A stretch of 64,000 nucleotides of DNA, taken from assembly GCF_964194155.1 (NCBI RefSeq), contig NC_135904.1:21824001-21888000 (forward strand). Reading direction: 5' to 3'. This stretch comes from Cetorhinus maximus. Its lineage: Eukaryota. A model generated the notes under the pieces. That model worked only from the letters and a program-made list of their open reading frames with translations, was not told the DNA's origin and did not search any database. This document shows, piece by piece, positions 39,324 through 51,890 of this stretch (its first letter is position 1; the number at the start of each line of letters is the position of its first letter). A program made the translations under genes and the position numbers.

Positions 39324-40154
39324 TCAAAATGGAATTAAATCGTGCACTCTGTTCCTGTCTGAACCAGTATTCAAGGATCGGTTACGGTACATCCCGCCAC
39401 TTTGGAGTATTGCAGAGAAGGACTGCGATAATGGTTTGAAGACAGAAGGTGCAGTTTCACAAGTTGGTTGGTTGGATCCATATGCCGCAGAGGTGGTTCT
39501 GTAAAGTGGGTTTTGAGGTTTAACGAACGGAACTGGGGAATATGAAGATGTTGGGATCTTTGCCATGCAGGAAAAGATAGGGTTTCCGGGATTCACACAG
39601 GGAGACCACAGCTTCTCCTTGGCCTCTGCCTTTGCAACAACGGCAGGGATGGGATCATCATCACTCGTTTCCTTTTTATGCTCAACTTTTGGAGCAAAAG
39701 ATTGATTGTAATCATCACGCACCAAGTCTTTACACTCATCCTTTTGAGCAAGGGATAAATTGAGATCATTACACACACTGTCTTTACATACCTTGACAGT
39801 AAATGATGGATTGAAATCATCACGCAGTTCGTTCATCTGAACCTGCTGAGCCTGGGGTAAGTTAAGATTATCACACAAAAGGTCTTTAGATTCAATCTTA
39901 GGAACAAAGGATGGATTGAGATCATTACATATAGAGTCTTCACTCTGAACCTTCTCGGGTTCAACGTTTGAAGCAAAACGTGGTTTGAGATTATCACACA
40001 CCGAGTCTTTAAAGTGAACCTTTCGAGCGAGGGATGAATTGATACGATCATTTTTGGGCTCAACCTTTGAAGCAAAGGATGGAGTCGGATCATCACACGT
40101 TGGGTCTTTAAACTGAACGTTTCGAGCAGACGTTGGAATGGGATAACGACTCAT
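39324..40154 (-). CDS. PIERCE2: PIERCE2 (C15orf65, piercer of microtubule wall 2) with an N-terminal tandem-repeat extension
   Basis: 276-aa ORF. C-terminal ~90 aa (PCVNPGNPIFSCM...KPQNPLYRTTSAAYG...FS...GMYRNRSLNTGSDRNR) matches human C15orf65 (PCVNPGNPVFSCM...KPQMIMYKTNSSHYG...GFYQNNTLNTAPDRTR). Position between DNAAF4 and CCPG1, head-to-head with CCPG1, is syntenic. True start and any small upstream exon are uncertain. Confidence 0.9.
   Translation of the reverse strand: MSRYPIPTSARNVQFKDPTCDDPTPSFASKVEPKNDRINSSLARKVHFKDSVCDNLKPRFASNVEPEKVQSEDSICNDLNPSFVPKIESKDLLCDNLNLPQAQQVQMNELRDDFNPSFTVKVCKDSVCNDLNLSLAQKDECKDLVRDDYNQSFAPKVEHKKETSDDDPIPAVVAKAEAKEKLWSPCVNPGNPIFSCMAKIPTSSYSPVPFVKPQNPLYRTTSAAYGSNQPTCETAPSVFKPLSQSFSAILQSGGMYRNRSLNTGSDRNRVHDLIPF
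39630..40118 (-). repeat. Coding tandem repeat (~54 bp, ~18 aa, ~9 units) in PIERCE2
   Basis: Consensus VxxKDxxCDDLNPSFAxK repeated; recurring gagatcattac/atcatcacac and agcaaa on the + strand. Confidence 0.85.
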
Positions 40155-40339
40155 GGTCCCCTTAAATAGGTTGATCGGATCTTTCCAGGTGGAACAGTAA
40201 CATTACACGGTCACCTTTCTGGGAATGATCACCGATCTCTCCAGCTCATCATCAGTTTGATAATGGAATGCAACAGTGTCCACAGGGAGGTGATCCTAGT
40301 TGTATCCAATGCAGTCAGCTGTCCCCTTGCCCTAGTCGC

Positions 40340-41160
40340 TGCACTCCCTTACCCTCCCGCTGTCTGGTTGCCATGGATCCATTGTGTGGCTCGAGCTGTT
40401 TGTTGTGACAGCAGTGCCTTGGTAACGGCGTCTGATTGGCCCACTGGAATGACGTGTGCGAATTCTCGAGGGGGTCCCTGGGAGCTGTAGTCCGGATGAC
40501 GCGGCGATCGGCGGTTGGTCGGCGGGGCCGGGACTGCAAGTCCCACAATGCTGCGCACGCGGCGTGCCGCCCCCCCCCCCCACACACACACTGAGGGAGG
40601 GGGCGGGGTCTGTGTTTGTGCTTCGCTCGGTAGCGTCACCGCTCGTCAGTCAAAACATCACAAGGGGGCCACGGCTGGAGGCTGTTGTTTTTTAACCAGT
40701 CAACAGTGTTAGTTATCGCTGGGTGAAGGGGAGGCAGGTAAGGTGCTAGGCCCGGCTTGGGTGCGAGTTGCCGGAGCGATGTTGTTTCCCCAGGGGCTGA
40801 GGGAAGGGGAGAACGGCCGATGTTTGCGGCGGGTCCGAGGTGTCAGATCTGAAGGGCCGCAGCCGGGAGGGGGTGAGGGCTTCGGCCTCGGCTTCTCCAT
40901 CAGGGAGGGAGGGCGGGGGGGTGGGGAGCGATGGGGCTGGAGCCGGAGATTAACCTGCCCCGAGTGACCCATTTCCCTGCCACCGTGTTTCCGACAGTCC
41001 CGAGGCTAACGTCAGGGCTGGTTTATATTTTTTTATTTTGCACCGGTGGAAGCGTCAAAAGTCACCGCACCACCGGCTGTTTGTTTTGGTTGAGCAGCGG
41101 ATTCGCTTCCTTTTGGCTTCAGATCCAGGGGTTAGTTACGCAGATTACAACCGATCGCAA
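40340..41160. promoter_or_regulatory. CpG-rich bidirectional promoter region of PIERCE2/CCPG1, probably including a non-coding CCPG1 first exon (donor CAG|gtaagg, intron starting 40738)
   Basis: Sharp local rise in GC and CpG; GC boxes (GGGGCGGGG); X-box-like GTTGCCATGGATCC (40367-40380) and GTGCCTTGGTAAC (40414-40426); inverted CCAAT (40435-40439); TGACGTG (40450-40456). Confidence 0.75.
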
Positions 41161-44100
41161 GATCTGATTGTACTCATGTAACTTCCACTTTCTCCCGATA
41201 TCTGTTGTAATAATGAATAACACACGCACTCCACACCACAAATATCGAGGGATGGTGTAATTAAACTTAAGCTTCTTCCTCAAAACCTTTCATCGCAATC
41301 AGCTATTGGGCGAGGGATAGTTGCTGCAATTATAGACACTTTCTTTTGTATTACTTTCCACATTATTTTTAACCACAGACAAGATCTATCTGCATTTGAG
41401 CAGCACTGTCCACACTTCCCTAATTTTCGTGGAAAGAGAGGTTGCCACTAAGTAAATATTCCTGAAACCTACAATTTTCCGCAACCTCCAGCGGCTATTT
41501 TATTAATCATTTCCCTCACTACTTGATCAATAATTTTTTACAGAAGTGTGGAAACAACACTCCCTATCTCTGTGGTTTGAGTGAAGCTTTACACTTTGTA
41601 CCCATTTCTCAAAGCAGAGTTACCGTGAGATATCGAGGTCCTAATTTCGGAATGGAACCGCTTTGATGTAAAAATTCAACTCCTTTGTCTTCAACGTTGT
41701 TGTGGATTTTAAATGTGCAGAACAAGTAACATTTCTAATAATCCTAGATTTCCTCCGTTGTTGTTATTAACCTACCATGGATTCAGATAGAAATCTTAAG
41801 CTTTAATGGAGCACACTGTGACTGTCATGGTGAACAGGGGTATCATTACTTCTGAATATTCTTTTTATGCTTGAGGTTATGAAACCTCTTATTTTATAAG
41901 GTCTTATAGGCTCATCCTCCTCTTCCCTCCCCCACTTGATTCCTGGTTTCTGCCTGGCATTTTCTCTCAGCAGCACAACTGAAATTGACAGCTCAACAGA
42001 GGGGAAGATAACATGATTACACCACAGAAGATGATCATTCAGGCTTGCGGGAAGACACTCTTGTGGGATGTGGGTGGGAAGACAATGCATTATCTCAATA
42101 ACTGTAATCTCAATAACTATTTTGGATTTTATTCAACTGTAAGATTTGGAAAAGGCCATTTGGTCTGTCAGGCCTGTTTCACTTTCATTGACTTCAATCC
42201 TCACTTTGTCTTATCGCTTCATCCATACAAATGTACTTGTTTTTCTTTTATATTCATTTATATTATGACTTTGGTGGCTTTTCTGGGAACTTATTTCACT
42301 GATTTATTTTTCTTTATGTTAAAAAAAAAGTTGCCTGATTGCCCCTTTTGCTTCAAATTTCCTCTTTGTTAACTTGTGATCCCTTTGCAACAGTGAACAA
42401 TTTGCCTAGATCACCTTAGTTAATCCCTTTCATCATTTATGATTATGAATTTAATCTTTAAATTTCTGTCTGGTTTGGGATTAATGGTTATTATAAATTT
42501 TCTTGCAGTAATAAAGCTACTGAAACATATGGCAGAGTATTAGCATATTTAAATTGATCCTACACTGCAAAGATTTGAAGCAGTTTTTATATAAAATAAT
42601 GACCTTTCTGCCATGTCATCTCATTTTGTTCCTATTCTGTCTTTCACTTTTTTTCTTTCTGCCCTATATTTTTATTGGCATTTTGCTGAGCGCTTGATTT
42701 TTTACCATTTAATTGTTTAAAATGCTTAGCTTGCTTTTATTCTTCCTGCTTGCATTGCCATTTCTGGAAGTGAGAGCAATGTATTTTTGTTTAAAAAGCA
42801 GGGAGGGATATTCATTGGCTGGAAACCAGCGTTAAAGGCAGGGTTCCACTAATGAAAAGCCTGAATTTGTTGACATGGTTGCATCATAGATGTGTAAAAT
42901 GAAACCCATGCAAACCAAAAAATGAAACCAGAATTCAAAATATAATGTTAACTAAAAAAAAAACCACTTCTGCTTGCAATATTGCCTTTTCTGTCCAATA
43001 TTTTTATTCTTTACCCTTTCCCATTTTTTAAGTTCTAATTTCATTTTAAATTATATTTTTAGACTTTTTTAAACCTTATCTTTTCTACGTGCTGTTTTCT
43101 TTTTAAAATGTCTTACTTTTTTCTTTCTGGTGACTGTGATCCATTCTGTATTTGGGAGCAACTTTCAAAATACACTGGAAATACTCAGTTGAAAGTCCAG
43201 ATTGTCAATGTGTGACATGTGTAAAATGCTGAAGATGCTGTGTTGTTTGAGTATATATTGTCAATCACTGGAGCTCAGCACTGGCAGGATGTGAGATCTC
43301 ATCCTGAGTGTTGTGAGAGCAAACACTAGCAAATTTTTGAGTTTAAATAAATTGGTGATTTAAGCAAAATGGTATTTGTGTTTATATATTTGTTTTGAAA
43401 TTAAGAATTTTGACAGGATACATTTAATGTAGTAGTGTAATAACTTAATTTACAGAACTATACACATAATTTTCCCTGTCCTTCTGTTTGCAGTATAATT
43501 GTTACTATGAAGCTTGACTTTTAAACTAAAAGCTTAACATTTCTAAATATATGCTCACTACAATTTGCAAGTGTATTAGGCAGTCCTTTTGGCAAATTAT
43601 GAAAGTATTGATTCAGATACTATTCACTTCACCTATAATTTATAAGACAAAAACTTCAAATAACTCACTAAACAGCGAAAGTAACTTTTGCTAGTAATGT
43701 ACATTGTGTTTTTAATGTAACCAGGAAAACAAATTGTAGCTGAACTTGATAATGTGTGTAGCATCACAGTTATACAAAAATAAATATATTTTATTAATTT
43801 ACCTAAATTACATGAAGACATATTTCAACAGTTGAAGAATCAATTGTCAAGTTGGTGTGACTCTTTGGTTTACAAAGTAACATTTTTCAAAGAGTGCTAT
43901 TAAACATATAATGTTTGGTAGTGATGATTCAGAATACAAGATCTTGGTTAATGGATAGATAGCTAAAATTAGATAGTTTATTAAAAAATGATTAATATTG
44001 TTATTATTCAGCATTTGAATTTTTAAGGAATGTCAAAGGTTGTGGTCAGTTCAAGTATGTGACTGAAAAGCTGACACATGGAAAAACATAGCAGCTGGTT

Positions 44101-46700
44101 ATACCTGGATGTAGCTGGTTATAGCTGGATATCTTGCCATTTTTCTATTACCTATCTGCCATCCCAGCTAAAGATTATTCAAAGCGATCCAGTTTGGCAA
44201 AGCTATTAATATAATTCACAATCCTGATTACATCTTCCTAATCATAGCAATTACAGCACAGAAGGAGGCAGTTCCAACCCATTGTGTTGGTGATAAATCC
44301 TTAATTGGACCTATCTCTTGTAATCCTATTTCCTTAATCTTTTCCTTGTACCCTTCAAATTCTTTCTTTTCAAATAATAATCCAATTATTTTTAACTGAT
44401 ATGGTATCTGCTTCAGAAACCTTTTGTGGGAATGGATTCTATTTCCTAAAACCACCTGCATGAGAAGAAGAATCTTCCAACTTGCCCCTTTGTCTTTTTG
44501 GTAACAATTGTGAATTTGTGCTCTCACCTGTTTCCCCCCCTTTCCCCCTCTTATTACTGATTTACGAATCAGTGAAAACTTTCTGCCCTTCCAAAACCTT
44601 TCATAATTTTCCAAACCTTTCTTAGGAATTACCTCCTTAATCTTCTTTGTTGCACTGAAAATAGCCCCAATTTTTGAGTATTTCTGAAATATATATTCAT
44701 AACCATTATATGACAATGGGATTGATAGGAGTTGGGGGTTTGGGGTCAGGCCATATCTTTCAGCTTCTGAGCTGCAACTTGGGCCTTCCGTGCACTTCAA
44801 TGAAACCTCCATGTACACCTTGGTTAGCCTGTGTCACACCTTTTACTGGGTGTCAAAAGCTGTATTTGGAATAAAGTTCACTGCATAGAATCATGCATCT
44901 CAAGATGGGTCCCATCATTTGTGGGGACCTTTTAAATTTGAACTGCCACTTCAGTGCAAGGACTGTGGTGCGGACTTGTATCAGCATTGAGCTCCAATTC
45001 AGTTATGCACCAATTATGATTATCCATTTGACTACCCTTCATTATGCTGGGTGATCAAAATTCCACTGTAATTTGAAAAGGAAGATATAATGTTGATTTG
45101 TTTTTTAATGTCAACAACATATTAGTGACTATTATTTACAAGGCATGATAATGGTTTCCTCCATTTTGATTTAATACATCCAGTACTGGATTCCTGAAAA
45201 TTGAATGTGATAGTCTGAATGGATGCTGATCTTAGGGTTCTTGATGTAAGGATTCCATTTATTAAAGCAGTTTGTAATCCCACAATCAAAATCTTTTGAC
45301 ATGCCTATCATCTAATAGTTTTCTAATGTAAAACATTGACGTGTGCTAAAATTTTGATTTGCTGCTGAATATTGATCAGTAACATCTGGGGAAAGGTAAC
45401 GCACATGAAGGTGAGGTCCAAGTTTTTGCTGTCAGTTTAAATTGCTTACATAATGACATACAATTTTAGAATAATCTTGCGAGTGCAGAGCGGCATAGCA
45501 TAATTTTGCCATCAGTGCCATTAAACATAATGGGAGGGTATGAAAGGTTTTCAACCCCTATCAAGTCCCATGCTAGTTATTGGGATACATGTTTTTTCCA
45601 TTTCATCCAAATATAGCTTAAAGCTGTATTGCTGTATAAATTTTATGACTGAAACCTGCACATGTTCAACAGTTGCAGTAAACTGGCTTAATTACCTGTA
45701 TAATCTTTTAATAGTGGCTTTGTGAGTTTCAATGTCACTTCCATTTTGAATGCAAAGTTTGACACAATTGAAAGGTTTTCTGAAATGTCAGCAAATCTGG
45801 GTTTTATGAATGTGTGAGGGTAGGGTGGGTGGTTGTGAGAGAAAAGCAAAATACTGTGGATGCTGGAAATCTGAAACAAAAACAAAAATGCTGGAAAAAC
45901 TCAGCAGGTCTAACAGCATCTGTGGAGAGAGAGAGAAAAAAACAGTTAACGTTTCCAGTCGGTATGACTCTGAAGAAGAGTCATACGGGTGTGAGAGAAG
46001 TTGGGTGAACCTTGGAAATATGTCTGGCTTTTTTTTGCATCTGGTCCATGAAAGAAAATTGAAATAGGAAGAGGTTGCATTTAATTTTAAAAAAAGTCAA
46101 CAAATGGCTGTCTTGTAGCTTTAAATTCAGGTTGATATTGGTAACTGTTAGAACACTCTTGAGTTTTAGATTGGCTTGTAGCTGTGGACTAAAGGTGTCA
46201 TCACAAGGATATATTTAACATCTATATATAAGTATATAGTGTTGAAAGCCCCACTTTTATTTTAAGTTTGTACTGTGTGCAGCTGCTTCTGTGAATAGGG
46301 AGATTGCCTTCTAGATAAAATGCAGGGAGGAAAGATGGGTCACATGCTTCATCAAACAATAACAGTCTGTTATTACAGTGCAGTCTACAATCAATCCAAT
46401 TTTTAAAAACTGGAACAAATTTTAATTATTCACTAATATGAATTAAACAATTTTAATTAAACAACATAGAAAGTTTTCCTTTGTGCACAAATTAAGAGCA
46501 AACTGTACATGTTGGCTTTTAATGGGGACCTGTCTGGTTCAACTAATGTTGTCTGGGTTTTAGGAACTTTGATTAGAAGTGTTATTAACAATAGACTAAA
46601 CCAAATGATTGTTGCATAGCAAAGTGTTGGTCTTAAGTTAAACTTTGATTTTCTTTTGCTGATTTTGATATACTTTGCTTTGCAGTTACCTTGGCTGAAG

Positions 46701-46760
46701 ATGTCAGAGAGTTCCAGTGATAGTGAATCATCCTGTGGTTGGACCATAATTAACCATGAA
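46701..46760 (+). CDS. CCPG1: CCPG1 (ER-phagy receptor) first coding exon, LIR motif WTII
   Basis: MSESSSDSESSCGWTIINHE vs human MSENSSDSDSSCGWTVISHE; acceptor tttgcag ends at 46685, donor GAA|gtatac. Confidence 0.95.
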
Positions 46761-49700
46761 GTATACAATATTTTTCTTGTTCTATCTCTTAAAGCACAAA
46801 GATAATATTTAATTGTGCACTTGAAGAATTGAGTTTTTAAAAACATGAGAATCAAGAACTGACTGTGCAATAATTTGCATTTTAAAAAAGGGAAACATTT
46901 CCTCTACACATTGTTACAGAATCATGTCTCTGGTCTTTTTACAAGTGTGTTTACAATTTTAGAATGCAGGAGTAGATAGTGGAAACCTCCCTTCCTCCCC
47001 CATCCTACCCACAGTTCTTTCAAGTTGTACACTAGTTTGCATAGTAAATTCAATTTGATATTTGCATTGTTTTCTTTGAAGCTGGTCACTTGATTAACTA
47101 TCTTGCCATGCTTTTATTTTGTACCAGGTGTCTAGCAATAGATACACATGAATAGTTATAATGTAGCATTTCAGATATATTGTGGAAAATCCCAGCTATG
47201 TTCTATTTGGAGTGCAGCATTTCTGCATCTACGCTGATGTAGCAGATGCAACATCTTCATAATTGTTTAGAATTAAAAATAAATCCCACAGTGGAAATTT
47301 TTTAAAGGGCTCCTGGTTGAAATATATCATACGTCATTAACATACAAGGGGAAGCTAGGTGTTATGTTATTTTGAGAACTAATAAAGCGTTTTTGATGAG
47401 TAAAATTTGGTATTGTCTATTCAATAGCTATTGCAAAAGTTGTTCAAAATAACACAGCAAGCTGTTTTTTTTAATATCAATAGTCAAGTCCTGGAAGTTT
47501 ACTCAACTTGTACACTTTTTCAAAAATGGAAGTAGATCCATCATGTGCAGAATTAGGGCATAATGGTTTCTGCTCACCATTGTTTTTATAGTGGCTGTCT
47601 GGTATGCCAGAACCACCGCAGAATGGTTTTAAATCTGATTATCTGCTGTATTTTTTTCACTTACAAGTATATATGTAAATGTATGTTTGAAAAAGTACTT
47701 GAACAGCAGTGAGATTAGATTGGAATAATACTGAGCATATATTGAGAGATGTGATTTCTAGTCAAACCTATTATCGTTCTTTAGCTTCTAAGGGTGCCTG
47801 TAGTTGTCTACCTTAAAGATGGAGAAGTTTGCCGTAGAAAAGAGCATGGCTTTCCATCCTTCCCAACCTGGGCGAAAAGTAGTAGGCATTTAAGCAGGAA
47901 AATATAGATAAACACCATCCCATCTGGTTAACTGACACTGATAATTTTGGTTTTGGATTCCTTAATGTTGGCAACAGAACAAGAAATTATGCTGATTTGC
48001 ATTAATTATTGATGCCCACATCTATGAGTCCCTATTTGAACAGAACTAAAGTTGTAGTTTTCTGGAAGAAGGAAAATCTGAGATGAATATCAACCACGTA
48101 GCTAATGGTGGTGACTTTTTACATTCAAAATATTTTCCCCTGCTTTTGGCTTCCCCATTTAATAAATGGAACCCAGGAATTAAAGAAACTAAAATGGCTG
48201 CTCTTGAGGATATTTTGTATTGGAAATGAAAAAAAGACTTATTCTAAGAACTGTGTGGCTTTATTCCAGTATATGGCTGTGCAGTTTTCACATACAAAAT
48301 TACCTGTAAATTTTCCTTAGCATAAACGAGAAATAGCTCCAAAAAAATGCTCTCACTGTATTTAAGCCAAAAAGCTGGATTGGCTAGAAGTTTTAGTAGT
48401 GATATTTCTACAGGAGGTATTTAATTGGAGTGAGGTAAAATTGTACCACGCACATCAACTGACACTGGAATTTCCTCGATCCTAATATTGAAATATATGC
48501 TGGTTTCCACATCAATCATGTTGACAGCAGCTGATGCAGAAACTTGTGAGGTTCTCGTTTGCATACACCAGAGTGCCAGTTTTTACAATCGGGCCCCGAG
48601 GAAAGGGTGGATTACGTGCTATCTTTCTTCTTTAAGTCCCTCCTTATCTAATTGATGTTATGAAATTTAAAATATGAATCCATCAAATTATTTATGTACA
48701 TTAAGAAAATGCAGCTGTGGAAGCTTTTTTTTTTAAAGTAACAGGCTATGATGCATTAAAAAAGCATTTAAATATATAGAAAATACTGACTTCAGTAAAA
48801 GTAAATGAAAGATCACAAAAAAAATGCTATAATGCCAGAAATAGAGGACTTTGGTCTTGCTGCTTTTAAATTTTGGATGTCAATTTATGTCTGTTCAGAA
48901 TGAGCTTTTGCTTGGGGGAAGAGCTATGTTAATGAGCTAAGTGGGTTTCAGCAGATGTATCAGGAGTAGTGCTATTGATTGAGGAAATTTGTGCGTAGAG
49001 GTTCTGGTGTAAAATATGCAGAAATTTCCTTGGAAAACACGACTTTGCTGTTGCCGTTGATGCGTCTAATGCTGTTGGTGCATTTGATGCCATTGTATAT
49101 GGATTTGGGAATCCAGACAAGTTGCCTGAAAGAATATTAGAAATAGGAATAGGCCATTTAATCCCTTGAGCTGGTTCACCATTCAGCAAGATCATGGATG
49201 ATCGGCAACCTAACTCCATATACCTGCCTTTGGCCCAATATCCTTAATACCTTTTGCTAACAAAAATATACCTTTGGATAACAAAAATAATTGGGGAACA
49301 TTCATATATCATTGAACATGGGACTGATTCCTGCTAAAACAAAATGTGCTTTTGATATGCTGATTTTGATTGAATGTTGAGGCTGTGGGGTGTGCTGTAC
49401 ATGTTTGATGCTATGTTTGATCTCCAATTATCACAAACATTTCAGACTGAGGCTAATATCCTAATGTGTCTCTTGAAAGCATTGTTTGACTGGTTATGAA
49501 AAGTACAGCATCTCATGATTTTTGTTCTGTATCTTAAAAAGATCTTGCAAAAAGTTAGTTAAGGTATTCTGGCACAGATTAGAGAATCAGGGCTCACTTC
49601 CTGCCAAAAGAGGGCCAGGGATAGTTGACTTCATGGTTTTTTGGCACAGGAACGAAGCTGCCATTTTCGAGATATAATTATGATGAAAGATGGCTCAGGA

Positions 49701-50164
49701 TGACAATGTTATTGTTTTGATATATGTAGTGTGAAGGATTTGTAAATATTGTACACTGTTTTGCGCTGAATATCTTCCACCTTAAAATAAATTGCCTAAT
49801 GGTTTGAAGCTGGACTCTTGATCTGAGAGAATGTATATTCAACTTGCCTTTTGAAGAGAGGAGAATCAGTTTGTGGCATAATATACAGTCTAGTGGTAAG
49901 GGATTTGTGGGTTTCCCCATCGATTACCTAGATATAGGGCAGACAAAGGCACACTCTGGATTGTAGGAACCATGAAATCCACTTAGGGAGAGGTCAGTGA
50001 TCCTGAACCCAAGTAAAATAGCTCGTGTAAAATGCAAGGCCATAATGTGCACATCTTCAAATTGATCTCTGAATGGAGAGTTACAAACTGTATCCCTATT
50101 GATACCAGTATTATTTTTAAATGATTAAAGTGGTACTTGTTAACTGGTGATCTCCTTTGCTTAG

Positions 50165-50264
50165 GGTTCTGATGTGGAGGTACTCAGTTCAGACAAAGGA
50201 GAGGCTGAAGGCACATCACACTCTTTACCAGATCAACAATTTGACAAACCTTTTGAATTGCAAG
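50165..50264 (+). CDS. CCPG1: CCPG1 coding exon 2 (FIR1-like GSDVEVL)
   Basis: tttgcttag|GSDVEVLSSDKGEAEGTSHSLPDQQFDKPFELQ|gtaagc; human has GSDIEML; 100 nt. Confidence 0.9.
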
Positions 50265-51609
50265 GTAAGCAACATAGCTAAGTGGAAATATCTAGACACG
50301 TTCTTATTTTTAATTTTCTGCTACAAAAGAGACGCATATAAATAAGTACATACAAAATCACTATTTTGTTTCCAATTTTGCCCTTTCCTCTCCTGCTGGG
50401 ATACAGTTCCATGAGCACTGGATACCCATCAGTAGCTTGCTCAGGTGGCTGTCATTCATGTGTAAGCCTTGATAGACGATTTCTGCGTATGGAGAGGAGC
50501 AATTCATTGTGCCCAAGTTCGTTCTTGTCTGGCATCTACTGTCCACTTTTCCTGCAAAGTTCTGTTGCCTGAGATCAGGAGTGGGGAACCCTGGCTGGTT
50601 TTTACCTTTTTAAGCAATAGGCAGTTTTGTTTCTCCATCTCATACTCTGGTTGACATCTGCTAACAGTAGAGACTGTGAAGTAACTCTGGGACTTTTCTG
50701 GTGCTTATGGCTCAGCTGTTCACTGGATAAACTTTCTGTCACATGGGGATAGCAGGATCACTATCAAACTTTTGCCAAAAGGGGAAATTTACTACTATAG
50801 TATAAATTGTGATTTATGAGTTAAGTTTTGAAGTTTTTAATTCCTTCATTTTTTTGTCTCAGTAGATAATCAGCTTCTTTGTGAATCTTATTAGGCAAAA
50901 TTACATCTTTAAAAATTTTAAGTGGAAAAACTGTTTGGTGACACGGTGATCTACATTTTAGACATTACATGTAATTTTATGCTGGGAAATGTAGGATGCT
51001 ATAGTGTAGATTTCATTTTTCTTAGTTTGAACAGAGTCATTAATCTACCTGCTCACTCTCCCTATTTTCTAGGTTGAGAAAATTTGTATAAGTAAAAACC
51101 TTGTTTAGTTTTACTACATGTCAATTAATTCCTGTGAAATGCAGGCCAATAAATGCGTCTCCGATAGTCAGATGGATTTCAAATGGGATGGGGATTCATT
51201 GGGTCTTAGGAATCACCTGGGGATGTAATCCATCCATCTTAGTTTCCACTGTCTGCTAGCAAATCTTGAGACCTGAACAGACAGTTTTTGGAAAAAGCAC
51301 TAGTAGCAAAGAAGCAACCGGCTAGTGAACAATTATCTTTCCTGCAAAGTGATATATTTAGGAGTTTAAGGCTCACAGTGCTATTGCCCCAAGGTGATTT
51401 AAATGGAAGGAGGGAATCCTTCAAATTGTTTACAGCCATATTTCCCACCAGCCATGCTCAAGGTTCCATTAGTAATGGTGTCAGCCTTGGCTTGGTGGTC
51501 TCACTCTTCTCTCCTTTGAGTCACCAGGCCATTGTGCTATGATCCCTATAGAGACCGATGGTGTTTAAAAATAAATTCCACTTCCAGTAATAGAAGCCCT
51601 TAGCTTGGG

Positions 51610-51890
51610 TGGAGGGATCTAGAACCAGGGGACAGTCTCAGAATAAGGGGCAGGCCATTAAGGACCGAGGTGAGGAGGAATTTCTTCACTCAGAGGGTGC
51701 CCCAGAGGGTTGTGGAAGCTCAGTCATTGAGTATGTTCAAGACTCCAATCAACAGATTTCTACACACTACAAACATCAAAGAATATGGGGATAGTGCAGG
51801 AAAATGGTGTTGAAGTAGATCAGCTATGATGTCATTGAATGGTGCAGTGGGCCCGAAGGGCTGAATGGCCTATTCTTGCTCCTATTTCTT
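51610..51890 (+). mobile_element. CR1 3' end fragment
   Basis: SRTRG.SLRI.G...RRNFFTQR motif and tail gaatggcctattcttgctcctatttct. Confidence 0.75.

Noticed and set aside
40257-41167. Cluster of overlapping short ORFs
   Set aside because: Expected in GC-rich CpG-island promoter sequence; low-complexity G/P/R translations
44228-44818. 196-aa minus-strand ORF
   Set aside because: Runs through a decayed CR1 3' fragment with no coherent domain; a chance open frame
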